Shown here in pieces: positions 34,269 through 44,032 of a stretch of 64,000 bases of DNA. The stretch covers positions 399 through 64,398 of the forward strand of contig JASMLK010000137.1 of assembly GCA_030748735.1 (NCBI GenBank), read 5' to 3'. The translations under genes were made by a program, and so were the position numbers. The notes beneath the pieces are model-generated. The model made no database searches, had not been told where the DNA came from, and was given only the letters and a program-made list of their open reading frames with translations. Position 1 is the stretch's first letter. Each line of letters starts with the position of its first letter. The DNA comes from Myxococcota bacterium (GTDB lineage: Bacteria > Myxococcota_A > UBA9160 > UBA4427).

Positions 34269-34652
34269 ATGACGCTCTGGCTCGGTGTGCTCTTCTACGT
34301 GCTGCGCCTCGGCACCAAGATGCGCAAGCGTCGGCTCGCGGAGCTGCCGCGCGAGGTGTCGCTCCTGAGGCTGCACCTGCGCCTCGCGAAACCCGCGGTG
34401 GTTTTCGCGATGTTGGGCTTCGTGGGTGGTGGGGCATCGGCCGTGTGGTTGCGTGGTTGGGGTGTGCTCGAGAGCTTCCACGGTCTGCTCGGCGGTGTCG
34501 CGGTCGTGTTGTTCGGCTTGACGGCGCTCTATGGGCGCACGGCTGCGCGAGGTGGCGAGGGGAGTGACGCCAATCTTCATGGCTTGCTTGGCGTCCTGGC
34601 GATGTTGGTGGCCGCGCTTTCCGCGATCGCGGGTTTCGTGCTTCTGCCCTGA
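34269..34652 (+). CDS. integral membrane protein, unknown function
   Basis: Three to four hydrophobic helices. The frame is open back to 34209, so the true start may be upstream or non-canonical. Confidence 0.5.
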   Translation: MTLWLGVLFYVLRLGTKMRKRRLAELPREVSLLRLHLRLAKPAVVFAMLGFVGGGASAVWLRGWGVLESFHGLLGGVAVVLFGLTALYGRTAARGGEGSDANLHGLLGVLAMLVAALSAIAGFVLLP

Positions 34653-34815
34653 CGCGAGCCTGGTCGCGACGACTCGCGGCGATCGGGTGTTTTCCGGAGA
34701 TCGCCCTCGCATAACCCGAGCCCCGCTCGAAAGCGTGGCTGTCCCCTGGCGCGCAACCGTACGCTGCAGCTGATCGCCTCCCCCCAGCGACAACGCGCAA
34801 GGGGGAGCCATCGAG

Positions 34816-35634
34816 ATGGCGGCACCTGGCGAAGCGGGTCCCTTCGACGACTCCAGGTTGGCGATGCTGATCGTCGACCCCGACGGTTCGATCTGCCGGG
34901 CGAACGCGCGCGCTCGAGAGCTTCTCGGTCTCGCCGCAGCTGCGTCGACGCAGACGCGGGACGCCAACTTGCACGACCTCGTGTGCGAACCGTCGGAAAT
35001 GGAGTTGGCCGAGCACCTCGCGTGCGCGTGCGGCATGGGGCGCTCGGATGCGAGCGACATGCTCATGCAACGCACCGACCGCACTTCGTTCTGGGCGCGC
35101 GTTCGCAGTCAGGTTGCCGGAGATGGCGACGAAGGAGCGGCCGACACCGCCGACAGCGTTCGAGTGCTGCTCATCATGGAAGCGATCGAAGATCCGATGG
35201 CCGACATGGAGCGCTTGTTCGCCAAAGACCCGGTGCAGGTTTTCCAGACGTCCTCGGTGCGCCGAACCCGGGTCATGATCGTCGACGACGACATCCCCGC
35301 GCTGGCCGAAAACACGGCTCTGCTCGAAAGCCTCGGCCACCAAGTCATGGGCTTCAGCGACCCCAAGCTCGCTCTCGAAGAGTTCGCTCTACGGGCGGCC
35401 GACTACGACGCGGTGATCGTCGACGACGAGATGCCGCCGATCGAAGGGCTGGTGCTCTGCCGTGCACTGCTCGAAGTTCGCTACGAGGTGCCGGTGCTGC
35501 TCGTGTCGAGCGAAGGCTCGAAGGTCGACGTCGCGAGTGCGATCGCGGTTGGCGTCGACCAGGTGCTCGCGAAACCGCTCGAAAGCGACGAACTTTCGCA
35601 GTGGTTGCGGGGTGCGGCGCGGGGTTCGCTCTAG
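34816..35634 (+). CDS. PAS-like sensor domain fused to response-regulator receiver domain
   Basis: N-terminal MLIVDPDGSICRANARARELLG. C-terminal receiver domain (RVMIVDDD ... AVIVDDEMPPIEG ... VLAKP). No output domain. Confidence 0.7.
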   Translation: MAAPGEAGPFDDSRLAMLIVDPDGSICRANARARELLGLAAAASTQTRDANLHDLVCEPSEMELAEHLACACGMGRSDASDMLMQRTDRTSFWARVRSQVAGDGDEGAADTADSVRVLLIMEAIEDPMADMERLFAKDPVQVFQTSSVRRTRVMIVDDDIPALAENTALLESLGHQVMGFSDPKLALEEFALRAADYDAVIVDDEMPPIEGLVLCRALLEVRYEVPVLLVSSEGSKVDVASAIAVGVDQVLAKPLESDELSQWLRGAARGSL

Positions 35635-35764
35635 CGCGCCGGTCCGTTCGTTCTCGCTGTACCCGGACACCACCGAATGTAGTGAATCAGCGAATGGCAG
35701 CGATTGACAGCCCGCCGCCGTTGGATGTTCAATTGCCGGGTTTCGCTCTCACCGGAGGCACTTC

Positions 35765-36514
35765 CTGGAACGCCCCGACCTCTACGTCTTCGCCATCTCC
35801 CATTACTGCGAGAAGGCGCGCTGGGCACTCGACTACCTCGGTATCGAGTACGAGCTTCGGCATCTCGCACCGGGGCGCCACATGGAGGTGGCGGCGCAAC
35901 TCGGTGCTCCCGGTTCGTCGCTTCCGTTGCTGGTTTCGGGCGAGCAGGTGGTTCAGGGATCCAGCGCGATCATCGACTGGGCCGAAGCCACGGCGGCGAC
36001 GCCTTCGAAGCGGCTCGACCCGGCCCTCGAGTTTGCAGCCGAGTGCCGGGCACTCGAGCGGCGACTCGACGATCTCGTCGGCGTGCACGGCCGCCGCTAC
36101 TACTACTCCGAAGCCCTGGTCGACTATCCCGACACGGTGCTGCCGATCTTCGCGCGTGATCTCGTGCCCGAAGAGCGCAGCCTGATCGAAGAGAATTGGG
36201 GAGTCACGCGTCAACTGATGATGGGGCTGATGGATCTGGGGCCGGAACAGTGGGAAGAGTCCCGTCGCATCGTGATCGACGAACTCGACTGGTTCGATGG
36301 GCTCATCGCTGATGGTCGTCGCTTTCTGGTCGGCGATCGGTTTTCGCGAGCGGACATCACTGCCGCGAGTATCCTGGCCGTGCTCGCACTGCCGAGTGAG
36401 CACCCCACCTACGCCGCGCTCGAGATTCCCCCCAACGCACGCGCGGATCTCGAACGGTGGAGTCAGCGCCCGGCGGTCGCGTGGGTGCGCGAGATCTACC
36501 GGGCGTATCGCTGA
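35765..36514 (+). CDS. glutathione S-transferase-family protein, probable CTG start
   Basis: The first ATG (35882) would remove the thioredoxin-like N-domain (DLYVFAISHYCEKARWALDYLGIEYEL), which is in frame upstream. CTG 35765 lies 6 nt after GGAGG (35754-35758). Confidence 0.6.
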   Translation: MERPDLYVFAISHYCEKARWALDYLGIEYELRHLAPGRHMEVAAQLGAPGSSLPLLVSGEQVVQGSSAIIDWAEATAATPSKRLDPALEFAAECRALERRLDDLVGVHGRRYYYSEALVDYPDTVLPIFARDLVPEERSLIEENWGVTRQLMMGLMDLGPEQWEESRRIVIDELDWFDGLIADGRRFLVGDRFSRADITAASILAVLALPSEHPTYAALEIPPNARADLERWSQRPAVAWVREIYRAYR

Positions 36515-36553
36515 AAACGCACTTCGATTCGGCTGGGCCGCAACGGGGGTGGA

Positions 36554-36949
36554 CTACGGCGTCCACAGGCGAAGCGCGGAATGCGCGGCGATCCGCCGGA
36601 AATCGCTGTCCGGGCTCAAGAGTTCGCTTCGGGTCCGAATGCACGCTTGCGCGATGATGCAGTCCACCGCGCCTCGAACCGTGATCCCCTCCCCACGGAG
36701 GTTGCGGAACAACCGCGCAGCTTCGACATGCCACTCCATCGGGGGGTCGATCACGGGCAACGCCGTCAGGACACGGCGAGCGCGCTGGAATCCGCTGTCG
36801 GTCCGGAACCCCTGGAGCACCTCGGTGACGATCAGCGGCACGACACCCAGGTCCTCCTCGCGCTCGAGCGCGAGATCCAGCCGATCCACATAGGCCGAAT
36901 CTGCCCCATTGAAAAAGTCGGCCCAGGTGTTCGAGTCGACGACGATCAC
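36554..36949 (-). CDS. vapC: PIN-domain toxin
   Basis: Starts MIVVDSN with conserved acidic residues. Its 4-nt start overlap (ATGA) joins it to the upstream antitoxin. Confidence 0.85.
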   Translation of the reverse strand: MIVVDSNTWADFFNGADSAYVDRLDLALEREEDLGVVPLIVTEVLQGFRTDSGFQRARRVLTALPVIDPPMEWHVEAARLFRNLRGEGITVRGAVDCIIAQACIRTRSELLSPDSDFRRIAAHSALRLWTP

Positions 36950-37158
36950 TTGCGCCCCGTGCGACTCCGCCTCGAAGCGTCGACATCACCATCCCACGCG
37001 AGCTTCCCCCGCATGCGGCGCATCGAGCGATAGAGGCTTCCCTTCTCTACCAGCCGGCGAAGGGCGATATCGACTGCCTCTCGCTTCGTCCTGGCCCCGG
37101 TGAGTTTCATCGCCTTGGCGATGAGGTCGTCGTCCAATTCGATGTTCGTTCTGGCCAT
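36946..37158 (-). CDS. vapB: VapB-type antitoxin
   Basis: MARTNIELDDDLIAKAMKLTGARTKREAVDIALRRL, 70 aa. ATG follows GGAGGC. Confidence 0.85.
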   Translation of the reverse strand: MARTNIELDDDLIAKAMKLTGARTKREAVDIALRRLVEKGSLYRSMRRMRGKLAWDGDVDASRRSRTGRK

Positions 37159-37264
37159 CCGTTCGCCTCCCGATTCCCTATACACCATTCTATCGGAAAA
37201 TGGTGTATCCAGCTTGAACGGGCCCAAACTGGCCGGTTCGCTGCGCGGGGCGCCCGCTCCCGGG

Positions 37265-38353
37265 CTAGGGCAGCACGTCGACCGCGCGTTGTCGCAGCCA
37301 GTCGTCGACCAGCACGAGACACGCCATGGCTTCGACGATGGGGACCGCGCGCGGCAAGACGCACGGGTCGTGACGGCCCCGCGCTTCCAGCGTGACCGCG
37401 TTGCCCTGGCGGTCGACGGTTTGCTGCGCGACACCGATCGTGGCCGTGGGTTTGAAGGCCACGTTGAACTCGATCGGTTGTCCGTTGCTGATGCCACCCT
37501 GGATGCCACCCGAGCGATTGCTCGACGTGTCGGGCACACCGTCTTTACCGGGAACGAACGGGTCGTTGTGTTCGCTGCCGTAGAGTTCGGTGCCCGCGAA
37601 GCCGCTGCCGACTTCGAAGCCCTTTACGGCGGGTAGGGAGAACATGGCGCCCGCGAGTTGCGCGGTGAGCTTTTCGAAGACGGGTTGGCCGAGCCCGGGA
37701 GGTGCGTTGCGGATGACGCACGACACCACGCCGCCGAGGGAATCCTTGCGGGTTCGCGCTTCGTCGATGCGCTCGACCATTTCCTGCGAGGCGCCGGCGT
37801 CGGGGCAGCGCACCATCGAGGCTTCGACCTGTTCGAGGGTGACCGAAGCCGTGTCGACCTTGGCCTGCACGGACTGCACACGACTCACCCAGGCGATCAC
37901 CTCGATGCCCGCGACCTGCTTCAAGATCTTGCGCGCGATCGCGCCCGCCGCGACGCGGCCGATGGTTTCGCGCGCGCTCGCGCGCCCGCCGCCCTGCCAG
38001 TTGCGCAGGCCGTACTTCGCCTCGTAGGTGAAGTCGGCGTGGGAGGGACGGAAGAGGTCCTTCATGTCGGTATAGGAAGAAGGTCGCGCGTCGGCGTTGC
38101 GCACCAGCATGGCGATCGGGGTGCCCAGCGTTTCGCCATCGAACACGCCCGAGAGGATCTCGACCTGGTCGGCTTCCGCGCGGGGCGTGGTGAGGCGGCT
38201 CTGGCCGGGCTTTCGGCGGTCGAGGTCGCGCTGGATCTCTTCGGGGCTGATTTCGAGGCGCGGCGGACAGCCGTCCACCACGACCCCCACGCCACCGCCG
38301 TGAGACTCGCCGAACGTTGCAATCTGAAAAATCTTCCCGAAAGTGCTCGACAC
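37265..38353 (-). CDS. aroC: chorismate synthase
   Basis: Motifs [24 protein letters not shown] and [14 protein letters not shown]. Confidence 0.95.
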   Translation of the reverse strand: MSSTFGKIFQIATFGESHGGGVGVVVDGCPPRLEISPEEIQRDLDRRKPGQSRLTTPRAEADQVEILSGVFDGETLGTPIAMLVRNADARPSSYTDMKDLFRPSHADFTYEAKYGLRNWQGGGRASARETIGRVAAGAIARKILKQVAGIEVIAWVSRVQSVQAKVDTASVTLEQVEASMVRCPDAGASQEMVERIDEARTRKDSLGGVVSCVIRNAPPGLGQPVFEKLTAQLAGAMFSLPAVKGFEVGSGFAGTELYGSEHNDPFVPGKDGVPDTSSNRSGGIQGGISNGQPIEFNVAFKPTATIGVAQQTVDRQGNAVTLEARGRHDPCVLPRAVPIVEAMACLVLVDDWLRQRAVDVLP

Positions 38354-38427
38354 GCTTAGCTCCGATCGCGGGGCAGCTTACACGAAAACGACTCGAATCG
38401 TCTGCGTGACACTCCGATGGAAGGGGC

Positions 38428-38880
38428 ATGCCGCGCCCCAACATCAAAGCGATCGATCTGAAGGAAGTGAAACCCCTGCGCGAGCGCTGGCTCGTCGAGC
38501 CGGGCTTGATGAGCGACGTCGAACTGCCGCTGGACCGCCAGCGCAGTGCCCACCACCTGGGTGCCATCATGAAGGGCAAGATCTTCGGCATCGTGACGAT
38601 CCACCACGAGCCGCGGCCCGCAATGGTGGAGCCGAAGGCATGGCGCATGCAGGCCATTGCGGTGGCGCCCGGTTTGCGGGGTGAGGGGATCGGCCGCCTG
38701 CTGGTGGAATGTGCGAGCCGCCACGTCGTGCGAAACGGTGGGAAGCTGCTGTGGGCCAACGTCCCGGTGGAGATCGTGGATTTCTACCGTGCGGTCGGCT
38801 TCGAGGTCGCGGGGGATCCCTTCGAGGGGGCCGACCGCGGCCCGCAGCACCGCGTGTTGATGAAGCCCAAGGCGCGGTAG
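38428..38880 (+). CDS. GNAT-family N-acetyltransferase
   Basis: Acetyl-CoA binding motif AIAVAPGLRGEGIGRLLV. 150 aa. Confidence 0.8.
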   Translation: MPRPNIKAIDLKEVKPLRERWLVEPGLMSDVELPLDRQRSAHHLGAIMKGKIFGIVTIHHEPRPAMVEPKAWRMQAIAVAPGLRGEGIGRLLVECASRHVVRNGGKLLWANVPVEIVDFYRAVGFEVAGDPFEGADRGPQHRVLMKPKAR

Positions 38881-38945
38881 CCGCAAGGACACCATGCGTC
38901 GTCGGTGAGGAACGCGCGGAAGCGTGGCTCGCTATCGTTGTCGGC

Positions 38946-39356
38946 ATGGCGCCGCCCAACGAAACCCCGAACGACGCACCGCCCGGCTTCTCGCTCGAAC
39001 GCAGGGTCGAGAGCTTCAGCTACGCGTTCGCGGGTATCGCGCACATGCTTCGCACCCAGCACAACGCCTGGATACACCTCGTGGTGTCGATTGCGGTCGT
39101 GGGGGTCGCTGTGCTCTTGCCGTTGTCCCGCTTGGAGTGGTGTGCGCTGGTGTTCGCGATCGGGCTGGTCTGGATCGCGGAAGGGTTCAACACGGCCCTC
39201 GAGTCGTTGGCAGACGCCGTGACGGAGGAATCGCACCCGCTCGTGGGGCGCGCGAAGGATGTTGCGGCGGGAGCGGTGTTGATCGCAGCCGCGGTGGCGG
39301 CCGGAGTGGGGTTGCTCGTCATGGGGCCGCATCTCGTCGCGCTGGTCTCGAACTGA
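38946..39356 (+). CDS. dgkA: diacylglycerol kinase
   Basis: Three TM helices. Motifs NAWIHL, EGFNTALESLAD and AKDVAAGAVLIAA. The track ORF start at 38709 is rejected. Confidence 0.85.
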   Translation: MAPPNETPNDAPPGFSLERRVESFSYAFAGIAHMLRTQHNAWIHLVVSIAVVGVAVLLPLSRLEWCALVFAIGLVWIAEGFNTALESLADAVTEESHPLVGRAKDVAAGAVLIAAAVAAGVGLLVMGPHLVALVSN

Positions 39357-39412
39357 AGCCCCTGCCTACGCCAATTGTGTTCGGTATCCGTTGAATCCGG
39401 AAAGGGCCTGAC

Positions 39413-40753
39413 ATGAAGCAGATCGAAGAGCCGGCGCGGACGACCGAGGTGCTCGCGGAAACCGATGTCCTGGTGGTGGGCGGCGGCCCGGGCGGTCTGG
39501 CCGCTGCGTTGGGAGCCGCTCGCGAGGGTGCCCGGGTGATGCTGGTCGACCGTTACGGCTGTTTCGGCGGGGTCATCGCCCAGTCGATGGTGGGGACGAT
39601 CGCCTGGTACCGAACCAGTGAAGACACCGTCGACGCCGGAGGGATCGGAACCGAGTTCGAGCAGCGCGCCAAAGCGATGAACGCCAGCCTCGAGGTCAAC
39701 CACTACGAGGTGCTCGACACCGAAGTCTTCAAGTACATCGCCGACGAGATGATCCAGGAAGCCGGCATTGAACCGCTACTTCATACCCAGATCGTCGATG
39801 TCCTGCTCGAAGACGGCGCGATCACGGGCGTCGTTACCGAGAGCAAGTCGGGACGACAGGCGATCCTCGCAAGACGCGTGATCGATGCCACTGGGGACGC
39901 CGACGTCGCCGCACGTGCCGGCGCTCCCTTTCGGATCGATCCGAAGGAAGAACTCGAGGGCGTGACGGTGAACTTTGGTTGCACGGGAATCGACCTGAAG
40001 AAGTTCATCGAGTACATCCTGAAGAAACCGAGTTCCATCAGCGATTGGGGTGACGAGTCGGGAGAAAAGGAATCGAACGAGTTCTCCACCTACCTGCGCG
40101 AGCCCTTCGACAAGGCGAAGGAAGCGGGCGAGATCCCGAAGGACGTGCGCATGGAGAGCTATTGGGGGAGCTTCACCGACGCCGGTGAGATCCCGAACAT
40201 GAACGCCATACACATGGCGGGCATCGACCCCACCGACGTGCGCGATCTCACGCGCGGCGAGATCGAAGGCCGCAAGCAGGTCATGTGGGCCGTGGACGCG
40301 CTCAAGAAGTACGCACCCGGCTTCGAGAACGCGCGCCTGCGAACCATTGGTGCTTCGCTTGGCTGCCGCGAATCGCGCAAGATCGTCGGCGATTACGACC
40401 TCACCGAGGACGATGTGCTCAACCAGGCGAAGTTCGACGACACGATCGGCATCTTCCCCGAGTTCCTCGACGGCAACGGGATCGCGATCATGCCTTCGAC
40501 GGGTCGGTACTTTCAGGTTCCGTACGGTGTGACGCTTCCGCAGAACGTCGAGAACCTGCTCGTGGCCGGTCGTTGTGTTGCGGGCGACAAGGTCTCGCAT
40601 GCCGCGACCCGGCAGATGATGTGCTGCACCGTCACGGGGCAGGGCGCCGGGGTGGCGGCGGCGGTTTCACTCGAGACGGACGTGACACCGCGCGAGGTCG
40701 ACATCGCGCGCGTGCAGGACGCGCTGCGCGAGCAGGGTGTTCGGCTCTCATAG
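39413..40753 (+). CDS. FAD-dependent oxidoreductase
   Basis: Dinucleotide-binding motif VLVVGGGPGGLAAAL near the N-terminus. 446 aa. Confidence 0.75.
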   Translation: MKQIEEPARTTEVLAETDVLVVGGGPGGLAAALGAAREGARVMLVDRYGCFGGVIAQSMVGTIAWYRTSEDTVDAGGIGTEFEQRAKAMNASLEVNHYEVLDTEVFKYIADEMIQEAGIEPLLHTQIVDVLLEDGAITGVVTESKSGRQAILARRVIDATGDADVAARAGAPFRIDPKEELEGVTVNFGCTGIDLKKFIEYILKKPSSISDWGDESGEKESNEFSTYLREPFDKAKEAGEIPKDVRMESYWGSFTDAGEIPNMNAIHMAGIDPTDVRDLTRGEIEGRKQVMWAVDALKKYAPGFENARLRTIGASLGCRESRKIVGDYDLTEDDVLNQAKFDDTIGIFPEFLDGNGIAIMPSTGRYFQVPYGVTLPQNVENLLVAGRCVAGDKVSHAATRQMMCCTVTGQGAGVAAAVSLETDVTPREVDIARVQDALREQGVRLS

Positions 40754-40780
40754 AACGAACTTCCTGCCGTGAGCGGATCG

Positions 40781-40993
40781 CTACCAGGCCTGGACTCGCG
40801 GCTTGCGCATGGGTCCGACGGAGATCGCGTCCTCGGGGCAGTCGAGTTCACAGAGGAAGCAGGTCTGACAATCGTTGCGGTGGGCGATCTCTACCAGGCG
40901 CTGCTCTGGGAGTCGGCGAAACACGTCGCATGGGCAGACGTTGAAGCAGATGTTGCAGCCGGTGCAGAGCTTCTCGTCGAGAACATCGATCAT
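40781..40993 (-). CDS. 2x[4Fe-4S] ferredoxin
   Basis: Two clusters, CTGCNICFNVCP and CQTCFLCELDCP. Its 4-nt start overlap (ATGA) joins it to the upstream flavoprotein gene. Confidence 0.8.
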   Translation of the reverse strand: MIDVLDEKLCTGCNICFNVCPCDVFRRLPEQRLVEIAHRNDCQTCFLCELDCPEDAISVGPMRKPRVQAW

Positions 40994-42687
40994 GACGGCA
41001 CCGTTTCCGCCCGAGGCTGAACCGGGTAGCGGTCGATGGGAACCTCTTCTCTCTCGAGCGACATCCCGCCCTCGTTGGATCGCCGAAGATTGATCCAGGC
41101 GAGCCAATGGTCGTTGTCGGCTACCGGGTGGTCCTCGCGGAAATGAGCACCACGCGATTCGCAGCGGGCCAGCGACGCTCGAAGGAACATCTCTGCGGAA
41201 AGCAGCATGTTGCGGGTCTCGTGGAGCTTCACCAGTTCGTGTTCATCTGCGGCCGTGAGTTCGGGGCCGGCTTCATCGCGCAGTGCTTCGATTTCCTTCA
41301 GAGCCTGCTCGAGGCTCCCACTGGACTTGAGGATGCTGACGTCGGGACGGAAGATCGTGCGATGCATTCGCTCGATGACCTCGTCGGGACGAAGCGCCGC
41401 TGTTGCGCTCGTCGAAAGCGGAAGAGTCGCCTGGTGTGCAAGCTCCGCGACCTCGTCTTCGCGGGGCTCGGCGGGTTCGGCGTCGCGCAGATACGCCGCC
41501 GCACCTCGACCGCTGCGTTCGCCGGACCCCATGGCGCGCATCGTCGACCAGCCGTTGAACAGGCCGGGATCCAGCGCCTCGGTCATCCCAGCAGCGAACA
41601 GCCCGGGTAGATCGGACTGCCCATCAGGCCCGACGCGCACTCCGCCGCGTAGTGACTGCACGGCGGGAACCCATTCTTGCGGTTCTTGCAGATCGATCCC
41701 CGCGTCCTCGAGTTTGGCGAGGTTGAGCGGCATGAAGCCACCAATCCCCCGCAGCGCTGGGCCGATGCGATTCGCCCAGGCGTCCCCCATTTCGATGTAG
41801 AAGGGCGGTCCCTTGCCCGCGCGCGCCTCGCGCGCCATGGCCTGAACGAGTTCATGTATCTCGGCCGCGTTGGCATCGGGGTGATGCTTCTCCATGAAGC
41901 TTTCGCGCTGCGCGTCGAGCAGGCGACCGCCCCACTTCAGCGCCACCCCGGTGCCTTCGAATCCGAAGTGGGGCGAACCCGTGTTGGTGCAGAGGAACTC
42001 CATGTTGGAAAGACGCACGCCCTGGTCGTAGGCCAGCCGGAACCCGTCACCCGTCGTGCCATCGGTGCAGACGTAGTTGCCGCGAAAGCTGCAGTCCGCG
42101 GTGGCGAGCAACACCGCTCTCGCGGCAAAGAGCTTGGGCTCCGCGGTACTGCGATCGATCGTGAGCGCACCGACCACGCGGCCGTCCCGCTGCAGCAGGT
42201 CGCTGACGAGCAGGCGAGGGTGCCGTGCGATTCCCCAACGGATTGCCTGGCGTCGCAGTGCCTCGATGACTGCCGAGCCCCCCACTTTGTCGCGGTAGCG
42301 GGGCATCACCATCATCTTCACGTGCTGGAAGCCGCGGGATGGAAGTCGCAGGTACTCGCCGCCGACAGCTTGGGGATACTGGACGCCCCACTGTTCGAGC
42401 TTGCGCAGTCGCTCGCCCGAGGTCTCGACGATCTCCTTCACCAGCGGCTGACGCGACAGGAATCCATTGGCCTCGACGATGTCTCGCAGCCAGACGTCGT
42501 CGTCGTCTTCCGGCAGGCAGTAGATCGTGGCCCCGGCGCATAGCCGCGATTGACTCGACATCGCGATGGACGCCTTGTCGACGACCGCCACGCGTTCCAC
42601 ACCGGCTTCGCGTGCACTGACCGCCGCCCAAAGCCCAGCGAAGCCACTGCCTACGATGAGCAGGTCCGTTTCGACCCGCTCGTCCAT
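40990..42687 (-). CDS. FAD-binding flavoprotein of the succinate dehydrogenase / fumarate reductase / AprA superfamily
   Basis: N-terminal LLIVGSGFAGLWAA. C-terminal ESRGAHFREDHP motif characteristic of this superfamily. Confidence 0.8.
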   Translation of the reverse strand: MDERVETDLLIVGSGFAGLWAAVSAREAGVERVAVVDKASIAMSSQSRLCAGATIYCLPEDDDDVWLRDIVEANGFLSRQPLVKEIVETSGERLRKLEQWGVQYPQAVGGEYLRLPSRGFQHVKMMVMPRYRDKVGGSAVIEALRRQAIRWGIARHPRLLVSDLLQRDGRVVGALTIDRSTAEPKLFAARAVLLATADCSFRGNYVCTDGTTGDGFRLAYDQGVRLSNMEFLCTNTGSPHFGFEGTGVALKWGGRLLDAQRESFMEKHHPDANAAEIHELVQAMAREARAGKGPPFYIEMGDAWANRIGPALRGIGGFMPLNLAKLEDAGIDLQEPQEWVPAVQSLRGGVRVGPDGQSDLPGLFAAGMTEALDPGLFNGWSTMRAMGSGERSGRGAAAYLRDAEPAEPREDEVAELAHQATLPLSTSATAALRPDEVIERMHRTIFRPDVSILKSSGSLEQALKEIEALRDEAGPELTAADEHELVKLHETRNMLLSAEMFLRASLARCESRGAHFREDHPVADNDHWLAWINLRRSNEGGMSLEREEVPIDRYPVQPRAETVPS

Positions 42688-43247
42688 CAGCCCTGCTTAT
42701 CCGCCAGGCGCTCGGCGAAGGCCTGCTTCCAGGTCTCCATCGTCTGGAAGTCCGGAGCGCTTCTGTACGTCGCCTCGGTCTGGGCCAGGATCTCTTCGTC
42801 GGTCAGCGACAGGTCGAGGGCGTCGACCACGGGCTGGCGAACGTGCCAGGGCGTGTCGACGAAGCACTCGATGCCGTTGCCCTCGGGATCGGGGAAATAG
42901 AGCGACCAACCGCGCCCATGAGAAATGGGCAAGAAGCGGCTGACGCCCCGCTTCTCGGCTGCGCTCTTCATCGCCCGCAGCTCCTCGAGACTTCCCAGGT
43001 GGAATGAGAGCTGGTTCACCACGCCGGACTCGATTCCGCCATCCTGGCGCCCCTCGACGAGCGCGATCTGGTGATGCTCCTCCGGATCGGCACTCAAGAA
43101 GACGATCTGAGGATCGCCGGGCAGCGGTAGCCTGCCGCGGTCGGTGACCTCGAGGCCGAGCAGTTCAGTGTAGAAGTCGACCATGGGTTCTATCTCGTGC
43201 ACGTGGATGCCGATGTGGCTGAAGTGAGCTCGGGGACTGTTGGCCAT
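42687..43247 (-). CDS. VOC-family (glyoxalase / extradiol dioxygenase fold) protein
   Basis: Motifs FSHIGIHVHEIEPMVDFYTELLGLEV and HHQIAL. Its stop overlaps the downstream start by 1 nt. Confidence 0.75.
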   Translation of the reverse strand: MANSPRAHFSHIGIHVHEIEPMVDFYTELLGLEVTDRGRLPLPGDPQIVFLSADPEEHHQIALVEGRQDGGIESGVVNQLSFHLGSLEELRAMKSAAEKRGVSRFLPISHGRGWSLYFPDPEGNGIECFVDTPWHVRQPVVDALDLSLTDEEILAQTEATYRSAPDFQTMETWKQAFAERLADKQG

Positions 43248-43301
43248 GTCTCTATTTCCTTTCGCCGGTAGGTCTTTCGATCGTCAGTCGGCGCGTATCG
43301 G

Positions 43302-43946
43302 TCACGGGAGTTCCAGCGGCATGTGAGCGATCTGCTCTGCCTCCTCGGGTGTGATGCCGAGACTTTGCAGCACCATCTCGGCGGTCGTCTCTGCGGCATC
43401 ATCGCCGAGCACTCCCTGGTTCCAGGCCGTGAGGACGCCGATCAGCGCACCGTCGACGAAGCTCCAGGTCGCGCGCAGGTCCGACACGCGGAACCGTCCG
43501 CTCGACATGCCCTGGTTCATGTCCTCGACGGGTGGTGCGCCCATGCCTTCGGCAAGCCGGCGGAAAGGCGTGCCCGATTGGAAGACGTACCAGTTCCAGA
43601 GTGGATCACCGGCGATCGCGCGCAGTGCTACGCGGATGCCCGTCGCGAGGCGCAGTGCGGGGTCCTGCTCACCGCGGGTCGCCTGATCCACTTGTGCGTG
43701 GACACGGTCGCCCAACCGCTCGATGACCGGGCGAAGCACCTCGCCCTTGGTCTCGAAGTGGAGATAGAAGGTGCCGTGCCCGATGTCCGCGGCGTCGGTG
43801 ATGTCCTGGATGGTGACGGACTCGACCCCGCGCTCTCGCATGAGCCGCTCGGCCACCTCGACGATTCGCGTCCGAGTGCCCGCGCGTCGCCGCTCGCTCC
43901 GGGTCGTCGGTGCTGTCTGCGCCGCTTCGCTGGTGTCTGCGTTCAC
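43302..43946 (-). CDS. TetR-family transcriptional regulator
   Basis: HTH region RIVEVAERLMRERGVESVTIQDITDAADIGHGTFYLHF. GTG start. Confidence 0.9.
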   Translation of the reverse strand: MNADTSEAAQTAPTTRSERRRAGTRTRIVEVAERLMRERGVESVTIQDITDAADIGHGTFYLHFETKGEVLRPVIERLGDRVHAQVDQATRGEQDPALRLATGIRVALRAIAGDPLWNWYVFQSGTPFRRLAEGMGAPPVEDMNQGMSSGRFRVSDLRATWSFVDGALIGVLTAWNQGVLGDDAAETTAEMVLQSLGITPEEAEQIAHMPLELP

Positions 43947-43957
43947 GCTCTCTATTA

Positions 43958-44002
43958 TGACTCAGATCAAATTTGACTCAAGTCATTAAATGACTACAGT
44001 CA
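43958..44002. promoter_or_regulatory. three tandem TGACT-N2-AGTCA operator-like palindromes
   Basis: TGACTCAGATCA (43958), TGACTCAAGTCA (43974) and TGACTACAGTCA (43991), spaced 16-17 bp. They lie between the divergent tetR gene and the 44033 gene. Confidence 0.7.
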
Positions 44003-44032
44003 GAACGATCCCACGACCGAGGAGATCCTTCC

